From contig QCUZ01000001.1 of NCBI GenBank assembly GCA_003210555.1, positions 1-48,095 on the forward strand: 48,095 nucleotides of DNA, read 5' to 3'. The notes beneath the pieces were generated by a model. The model was not told the origin of the DNA, ran no database searches, and saw only the letters and a program-made list of their open reading frames with translations. Source of the stretch: Synechococcus sp. AG-683-A03. Lineage in GTDB: Bacteria; Cyanobacteriota; Cyanobacteriia; PCC-6307; Cyanobiaceae. The position numbers were made by a program, and so were the translations under genes. Positions 42,063 to 48,095 of the stretch are shown piece after piece; the stretch's first letter is position 1, and every line of letters starts with the position of its first letter.

Positions 42063-42700
42063 TGCCCTCTTCCCCCACCTTCAACACCACTGCAGGTGTC
42101 GCGGTGGCTAGTGCCACCGGTTTGGCTGTGTTTGGACCGTTGATCGGACTGTCGACGGCATGGATTGCTCTCGGATTGGGTGGGGCACTCTTGGGTCTCA
42201 CCGTTGATGCCGCTCAATTCAACGGGATGGGAGGTCACCTTTTGGCGGAATCACTGCCCGGCGGACGCAACAGATTGCGCAGGGTTGCGATGCATGAGGC
42301 GGGTCATTGGTTGGTGGCTCAAGAAGAAAACCTCGAGGTCAAACGGGTTCTTGTTGGCACCCGAGGCTGTCTTCAGGCGGGGTTGCGCTGCAATGGTGTT
42401 ACCGAATTTGCTCTACCCGATCGGGCGCGTTTGTCTTTGGAAGACTTGCGTCGTTGGAGCCGGGTTCTTCAGGCCGGAATGGCTGCTGAGACGTTGCTCG
42501 AGGGACCCCCTCAAGGCGGCGAAGATGACAGGGCTCTCCTTGGACGCATTTGGGGCGTGTCTGGACAAGATGTGGATACGGCCCAGCGAGAGCAACGCCG
42601 GGCACGCCGGGAGGTGGAGCAGCTTCTGCGTTCGCGACGCACTGAGATTGAATCGATCGCCGACAGGTTGCTGGACGGCATGCCTCCAGAGCCAGCATGA
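42062..42700 (+). CDS. M41-like putative Zn metalloprotease (HEAGH), membrane-anchored
   Basis: Two TM helices, RVAMHEAGHWLVA, AGMAAE, GG.DD. Confidence 0.75.
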   Translation: MPSSPTFNTTAGVAVASATGLAVFGPLIGLSTAWIALGLGGALLGLTVDAAQFNGMGGHLLAESLPGGRNRLRRVAMHEAGHWLVAQEENLEVKRVLVGTRGCLQAGLRCNGVTEFALPDRARLSLEDLRRWSRVLQAGMAAETLLEGPPQGGEDDRALLGRIWGVSGQDVDTAQREQRRARREVEQLLRSRRTEIESIADRLLDGMPPEPA

Positions 42701-43908
42701 GTGCATTGGTGATTGATTGTCCGACGGGTCTTGCCGGGGACATGTTGTTGTCGGCACTCCTTGATTTAGGAGTGCCGGAGTCGGTTGTTCATGAGCCTTT
42801 GCAGGCTCTTGGTCTCGCCAAAGCCTATGGACTCAAGGTTGAGGAATCTCAGAGTGGTGGATTGCGCGGACTTCGGCTCACCGTGACCAGCGAGGAATCC
42901 AACCCTCCCCATCGTCGTTGGTCAGATTTGCGCCAGTTGATCTCCAACGCCTCGCTGTCACCTTCTCTAAAAACCAAGGTTTTGAAGGTGTTTCAAGCTT
43001 TGGCTGATGCCGAAGCCACGGTGCATGGCTGCCCCCCTGATCAAGTTCACTTCCATGAAATTGGCGCGATTGACAGCTTGGTTGATGTCATCGGCGTTTG
43101 CGCTGGGTTCGAGAACCTTTCCCCTGATTCGATTTATTGCACAGCCCCCCCAGCTGGTCATGGTCGAGTGACGACAGCCCATGGGGTGCTTCCTGTTCCG
43201 GTGCCAGCTGTACTCGAATTGGCAAAGCGTCACCAGCTGCCGCTCCTCACTGGAGAGGATCTGCCTGCCGCCGAGCTCACTACTCCCACCGGGCTGGCCT
43301 TGATGGCTGTGTGGGCAGATCTTTTTCAACGTCCCTCACGGATGGAGGTTGAAGCCGTCGGCATTGGCCTTGGCCATCGCTCTTTGGATCGACCCAATCT
43401 GCTGCGCTTGATCCGCATTCGTGAAGAGAACAGAACAGAGCCTGGCTGGCAGGAGCTCGTGGTGCAGGAGGCCTGGATTGATGATGCCACTGCCGAAGAC
43501 TTGGCAAGCCTGGCTCGGCAGTTGCGTTTAGCAGGTGCGTTGGATGTGGTTCAGGGAGCTGTTTTGATGAAAAAACAAAGGCCTGGTACCTCGGTAATCG
43601 CTCTGACAACGCCTGATCAGGCTGCTGCCTTGAGGCAGGTGTGGTGGCGCCACAGTCCAACCATCGGCTTAAGGGAGCGTGAGCAGGGCCGTTGGGTGCT
43701 GCCTCGCCGTTGCGGGACAAGTGCAACCCCTTGGGGGACGATTCGTGCCAAGCAGACACGCCGTCCTGATGGGACCTTCACTCTGAAGTGGGAGCAAGAT
43801 GAGCTCCAGCGTGTCTCTGCTCAGGCTGGTCTCACCGCAACGGAGCTTCGAGATCGCCTCTCTCTCGAGGTCCATCCTTTTGTGCCCGAGGAGGACTGGC
43901 AGTGCTGA
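42697..43908 (+). CDS. larC: Nickel pincer cofactor biosynthesis protein LarC family
   Basis: DCPTGLAGDMLL.AL.DLG, AEA.VHG...VHFHEIGAIDS, HG.LPVPVPA, ELTTPTG, PNLLR, TIGLR. Confidence 0.92.
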   Translation: MSALVIDCPTGLAGDMLLSALLDLGVPESVVHEPLQALGLAKAYGLKVEESQSGGLRGLRLTVTSEESNPPHRRWSDLRQLISNASLSPSLKTKVLKVFQALADAEATVHGCPPDQVHFHEIGAIDSLVDVIGVCAGFENLSPDSIYCTAPPAGHGRVTTAHGVLPVPVPAVLELAKRHQLPLLTGEDLPAAELTTPTGLALMAVWADLFQRPSRMEVEAVGIGLGHRSLDRPNLLRLIRIREENRTEPGWQELVVQEAWIDDATAEDLASLARQLRLAGALDVVQGAVLMKKQRPGTSVIALTTPDQAAALRQVWWRHSPTIGLREREQGRWVLPRRCGTSATPWGTIRAKQTRRPDGTFTLKWEQDELQRVSAQAGLTATELRDRLSLEVHPFVPEEDWQC

Positions 43909-44837
43909 AACGGCTTTCTTTGCCTGGTGGTTTACGCCTTTGGATCACCCTTCTGACCCTTGCCTTTGTGGGAGTGGCGTTGGCCAGCCATGCCACCGGG
44001 TTGCGAGCTCTCACCATCAGCCGACAGGGATGGTGGTTCTTGTTCTTGGGGCTTGGTTTGAGTTGGCTCAGCTTGGTGGTCAATGCCTTGGCTTGGAAGG
44101 TCTTGGTGGTTTGGCTTGGCCATCAGCCCGGACGCTTGGCCTTGGTGCCGCTTTATCTCCGTAGCAACTTGCTCAAATACCTGCCTGGTGGTGTTTGGCA
44201 TTTTCTTGATCGTTTTCGTGCTCTCCGGCCTGATCTTGGTGGGGGCAAGGCTTTGGTATCGGTATTGATGGAGCCGATGGTGATGGCTGTTGCTGCCTTG
44301 CTTTGGGTGCCGTTCGGGGGGTTTCAAAACGGTTTGGCGTTGCTCTGTGTTCTTCCATCAGCGCTGCTGTTGCCGCGTTGGCGGGAGCCTTTGTTGCGTC
44401 GCTTGGAGACCAGCAAGTTGCGCCAGCTCAATCAAGCGAATCCTGGAGATACGACTTCGCTTCAAGATGAGGAACTAGGCAGCGGAAGAGCGGCATATCC
44501 CTGGTGGCCCCTCGTTTCTGAACTGCTGTTCGTTCTCTGTCGATTCGCTGGGTTTTGGTGCTGCTTGCAGACGTTTGGACTCTTGGCTGGGCAGCCACTT
44601 GGTCTATGGCTTGCGGCCTTTGCTCTTGCCTGGACGGCTGGCCTGGTCGTTCCTGCTGCTCCAGGTGGTTTGGGCGTGTTTGAGGCGGTTCTGTTATTTC
44701 GTATGGGCACGATTGTGCCGGAGGCGCCTCTGCTTGCAGTGGCACTGAGTTATCGATTGCTCGTCACCTTGGCGGATCTGATCGCTGCCGCTGCTGTGAA
44801 AGGTGATGCCTGGATGACGGCAAAGGTGCGCGCTTAA
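43902..44837 (+). CDS. Lysylphosphatidylglycerol synthase TM / UPF0104 family protein
   Basis: KYLPGGVW, APGGLGVFE, ALSYRL. Confidence 0.85.
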   Translation: MLKRLSLPGGLRLWITLLTLAFVGVALASHATGLRALTISRQGWWFLFLGLGLSWLSLVVNALAWKVLVVWLGHQPGRLALVPLYLRSNLLKYLPGGVWHFLDRFRALRPDLGGGKALVSVLMEPMVMAVAALLWVPFGGFQNGLALLCVLPSALLLPRWREPLLRRLETSKLRQLNQANPGDTTSLQDEELGSGRAAYPWWPLVSELLFVLCRFAGFWCCLQTFGLLAGQPLGLWLAAFALAWTAGLVVPAAPGGLGVFEAVLLFRMGTIVPEAPLLAVALSYRLLVTLADLIAAAAVKGDAWMTAKVRA

Positions 44838-44849
44838 TCGGCTGTTCTG

Positions 44850-45881
44850 ATGGTGTGGCCTCTCCCTGAACTTCCGATGCGCTGGGAGGCTTTGCCCTGT
44901 CCGCTTGCTGCTGGTTGGGCTCTGGTTCGTCTTTGGGAACTCCCCAAACGGGCTGATAACGGGTTGTCCCTTGGAGGGTTTTCAGCAGCGGCATATCAAG
45001 CATCGGATGACCGACTTTGGTTGGTGAGTGATGCGTCTCGGGGATATCTGCTGCCTGTGGGCTCTCTTGCAAAAGCGTTGCAAACAGGGGGGCAATTGCA
45101 GGTGGGTCCTCGCTTGATTTTGCGTGACCAAACGGGCACACCCCTTCCTCCTTCTTTAGATGCAGAGGGTTTGGTGCTCACGGACGACCACGGGGTTTGG
45201 ATCGTTAGCGAGGGGCGCCGTCAAGCAGGGCATCAAGGGCGTCTACAGCGCTTTCCGCTGCGCAACGGGCGGTTGCAGGAGACGATGCCTCTGCCACCCG
45301 CTTGGACAGCTCTTCCTGGTCAGGGACTCGCCGTCAATCAAGGGCCCGAGTCTTTAACGCGATCCATCGACGGTGGACTCTTGCTTGCAGCGGAGGCACC
45401 GTTGCTTCAGGATCGCGCTTCAAACGATCGAGATGACGCTCGATTGGCCCATGTGGATGTGGACGGTGTCATCAAAGAGCGTGGTCGCCTTCCTCTCGAT
45501 TTCATCAGTGAGGATCCCGAAGAAGAGGATCCAGAAGTAACGGTGGGATTGACCGAACTTCTTGCGTTGGATGGTCCCTCTGCACTGTTGGCATTGATTC
45601 GTCGTCATCGGCCACTGCAATGGACGGCCAGGCTTCAATTGTTCTCTTGGCCTGAACGAAAGTCTCAATTGGCTTTGAAGCCCATAACGGGTTGGAATCT
45701 CACGAGTGGGGAGCTCCCGCGAGAAAATTGGGAGGGTCTGGCTTGGGGGCCAGAGCTTGCAGATGGCCGTCGCACTCTCGTGATTGTGAGTGACGATAAT
45801 TTCAGTCTGATTCAGCGAAATTTTGTGGGTGTGTTGGCTCCTCGTCGAAGCCCTCGTTGCCGGTCTTTGCTGGACGATTAA
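44850..45881 (+). CDS. Esterase-like activity of phytase family protein
   Basis: GGFSA..Y, VSD, DAEGL, NQGPESLT, NWEGLAWGP, VSDDNF. Confidence 0.85.
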   Translation: MVWPLPELPMRWEALPCPLAAGWALVRLWELPKRADNGLSLGGFSAAAYQASDDRLWLVSDASRGYLLPVGSLAKALQTGGQLQVGPRLILRDQTGTPLPPSLDAEGLVLTDDHGVWIVSEGRRQAGHQGRLQRFPLRNGRLQETMPLPPAWTALPGQGLAVNQGPESLTRSIDGGLLLAAEAPLLQDRASNDRDDARLAHVDVDGVIKERGRLPLDFISEDPEEEDPEVTVGLTELLALDGPSALLALIRRHRPLQWTARLQLFSWPERKSQLALKPITGWNLTSGELPRENWEGLAWGPELADGRRTLVIVSDDNFSLIQRNFVGVLAPRRSPRCRSLLDD

Positions 45882-47416
45882 GTCTCGGTTGTGTGGTCGA
45901 GACCTGGAATCAGGGCCGCTGCAGCAATGAGTCCGAGCCCCAGGATCATCAATGCAGGCCACAGCGCTGCGGCGAGCCGTTCGTCGCTCGCGTATTGAAA
46001 GACCCGCACCGAAAGGGTGTCGAAATCAAAGGGTCGCAGCGCGAAGGTCAGAGGCAACTCCTTCACGGTGTCTACAAAGACAAGGAGTGCACCAACAGCG
46101 AGCGGGCCCCGCAGCAGGGGAATGTGAATGCGACGGAGCACATCCGGCCATCGGCAGCCCAGGCCACTGGCTGCTTCATCCAGGCTGGGTGACATTCGTT
46201 CTAAACCTGCATCAAGCCCCCCTTTGGCAACGGCAAGGAACCGATCGCTATATCCCCAGAGCAAAAGCAGGATTGGTGAAAGCTGCCATGGTCCACCGAT
46301 GATCAGTAAGGCCAGAGCCAGAACGGCTCCTGGAATGGCGTAACCGAGCCCGGCGAGAAAGGTGAGGCTATGCAACCAAGGGGCCGTGGTCCAGCGCTTT
46401 GTGATCGCAAGCAGCAAGGCAGCTGCTAATGCCAAGCCTGCAGCTGCAAGGGCGAGACCAAGACTGCGCAAGGTCAGCAGCAATAGCTCTGGCTGTAATC
46501 CGGTTTGAAGTTGATCAAGGTTCAAGCAGGCCCAGATCAATGGTGTGCCAAGGCTCAGAAACGGAGGAATGAATCCCAAGGCCTGAGCGGCCAAGGCTCT
46601 CGTACCAGTGAGAGTCCAGTTGGGAGATTCACCACCCGTTAGTCCTTCGGACCATCGACGGCTTCGACTCCGCAGTTTGCGTTCGCCGATCAACAGTCCT
46701 GTCACGATGATCAGTGTGACCAAGGCAAGTCCGACCGCACCTGCTGGGTTTCCTTCAAGTTGCCAGGCCTGGAGAATTCCAGCGGAGAGGCTTGGGATTC
46801 CCAGGAGTTGGACGGCGCCAAGTTCGTTGACGACCTCCATGCCCATCAGGGCGATTCCGGCTCCGATGGCAGGGAGAGCCATCGGGAGAGCGATGCGTCG
46901 AAAGCTTTCCCATGGGCCAACGCCCAGGCAACGGCAGGCTTCAAGCTGACGGCGCCCGCAGATGCTGAAGCTTTCAGTGCTGAGAAGGAAAACGTAGGGG
47001 TAAGTGCTCAACGCCATGACCAGCACCCCCCAGCCCAGACCATGAATTCGGATCCCATGGATGCTGCCCAGATCAACGAGCGTTGCAGCCAGCAGGTACG
47101 AAGGGCTGGCGAGTGGGAGCAGCTGGGCAATCCTTAGCAGGCGTCGGCCTGGAAAGCGGCAATTGGCGAGGAGCCAGCCGTTCGCGGAGCCAAGAACGGC
47201 TCCGAGGCTCGCTGTGCCAAGCAGCAGGAGAGAGGTGCCTCGGATTTGGATCAGCCCATCGGCGCCAAGGCTGGCCGAACCCAGAAGGAGGCCTTTCATC
47301 CCCTCACCGATTAATCCGCCTAGGGGAAAGAGCGCGAGCGCGGCGAGGAGGCAGGCCAAGACCGCCAAGAGAGTTCGCCCCTGTTGCCATTGGCTTTGCA
47401 AGCTCTTGCTTGTCAT
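45878..47416 (-). CDS. futB: Fe(III) ABC transporter permease FutB
   Basis: Duplicated permease with EAA-like loops (LEACRCLG; LDEAASGLG), FVDTVKELP.T..LRPFDFDTL. Confidence 0.9.
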   Translation of the reverse strand: MTSKSLQSQWQQGRTLLAVLACLLAALALFPLGGLIGEGMKGLLLGSASLGADGLIQIRGTSLLLLGTASLGAVLGSANGWLLANCRFPGRRLLRIAQLLPLASPSYLLAATLVDLGSIHGIRIHGLGWGVLVMALSTYPYVFLLSTESFSICGRRQLEACRCLGVGPWESFRRIALPMALPAIGAGIALMGMEVVNELGAVQLLGIPSLSAGILQAWQLEGNPAGAVGLALVTLIIVTGLLIGERKLRSRSRRWSEGLTGGESPNWTLTGTRALAAQALGFIPPFLSLGTPLIWACLNLDQLQTGLQPELLLLTLRSLGLALAAAGLALAAALLLAITKRWTTAPWLHSLTFLAGLGYAIPGAVLALALLIIGGPWQLSPILLLLWGYSDRFLAVAKGGLDAGLERMSPSLDEAASGLGCRWPDVLRRIHIPLLRGPLAVGALLVFVDTVKELPLTFALRPFDFDTLSVRVFQYASDERLAAALWPALMILGLGLIAAAALIPGLDHTTET

Positions 47417-47586
47417 GAGAGGCAGTGCTTATCCGTCGATGTCACCCAACCGATCGCTTGGCGAATCGCTGCTGAGGAGATTGATCTCCAAAGGCCTATC
47501 ACTCGAAAATTCTCAACGATGAAACGAAGTCAGGCCCAATTCGACGCAATGGCTTGCAACTGACTTGCATTCACACTTTAAACCTG

Positions 47587-47603
47587 TTGAGAACGATACT
47601 CAA
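47587..47603. promoter_or_regulatory. Candidate Fur box upstream of futB
   Basis: Near-palindrome TTGAGAACGATACTCAA resembles cyanobacterial Fur sites; an additional ATTCTCAA half-site lies at ~47509-47516. Confidence 0.55.
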
Positions 47604-47678
47604 GAACAACTGGCTTTACTTGGTCGCCTTCCTGTTAAATCCCTCGGTTGCAGGATGGAATGGATGGAGGAGGCGCCG

Positions 47679-47828
47679 TCAGCGTCGGTTTGTACGCACA
47701 GGAACTGGAATGAGAGCTGGTTCCATCAATCCGCCACCGCTGTTGTCGTCGTCGTCAGAGTTTGCAGTGAACCAAAGGACAATGCCGATAAGAATGCAAC
47801 AAGTTCCCAGAAGGGTGAGCTCCAACAT
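47679..47828 (-). CDS. 49-aa single-TM protein with DDDD..GGG.M motif
   Basis: MLELTLLGTCCILIGIVLWFTANSDDDDNSGGGLMEPALIPVPVRTNRR* (manual translation). Confidence 0.7.
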   Translation of the reverse strand: MLELTLLGTCCILIGIVLWFTANSDDDDNSGGGLMEPALIPVPVRTNRR

Positions 47829-47917
47829 CGCCAACCCAGAGTTGAGATGACTCTAGTCAGATTGCTTGGGTTTCGGCATCCCGCTCTGAACGCAAACGTT
47901 GGAATGGATCGATTGAT

Positions 47918-48095
47918 TTAGGTGGATTTTTCCCCTGAATCGGTGGAGACGCACTCTTGAAGCTGCTCCCTGAGGGCGCTGTGGTCCATCTCCTGACCGA
48001 TCAACACCAGCTGGTTCTTGCGTTTGCCATTCCAATCGCTGTCATCAATAGAGAAGCGTTTTCCCGCTAAGTGGAAAACATGACGCTTTTCACTT
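47918..48095 (-). CDS. CobW/COG0523 GTPase, C-terminal end (partial)
   Basis: ...RHVFHLAGKRFSIDDSDW...KNQLVLIG...L...L..C* is the CobW_C signature. Confidence 0.85.
   Translation of the reverse strand, partial: SEKRHVFHLAGKRFSIDDSDWNGKRKNQLVLIGQEMDHSALREQLQECVSTDSGEKST

Noticed and set aside
47554-47921. Plus-strand ORFs of 98 and 118 aa
   Set aside because: Better explained as shadows of the minus-strand 49-aa TM peptide and the futB promoter region.

Overview
Chromosomal window from a marine picocyanobacterium, most likely a marine Synechococcus (inferred from gene order and protein content). 1-17.3 kb is core genome: GT39/ArnT (partial), GT4, EamA, sppA, aroH, DUF2808, rpmH-rnpA-PH-yidC-DUF177-ycf46, serS-rseP-rpsN-pnp, cysQ, rsmI and tRNA-Arg(UCU). 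From the tRNA 3' end (~17.3 kb) to the hemL stop (~36.4 kb) lies a visibly more AT-rich, low-coding-density variable region with no recognisable integrase. It holds a degenerate copy of the tRNA 3' flank (possible att scar), a frameshifted GluR0-like channel with a non-canonical pore, and a GGT with one premature stop. It also carries two outer-membrane beta-barrels, an HLIP too short for the ORF track, an NblA-like protein, a DUF3104 gene behind a LexA-like box, several hydrophobic microprotein ORFs and hairpin-rich intergenic tracts. 36.4-48.1 kb returns to core genes: hemL, glcD, xth, TPR, larC, a phytase-like esterase, futB with a Fur-like box, and a partial CobW. I found no CRISPR array, transposase, defence system or prophage. 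All family calls come from motif recognition by eye, not database searches.
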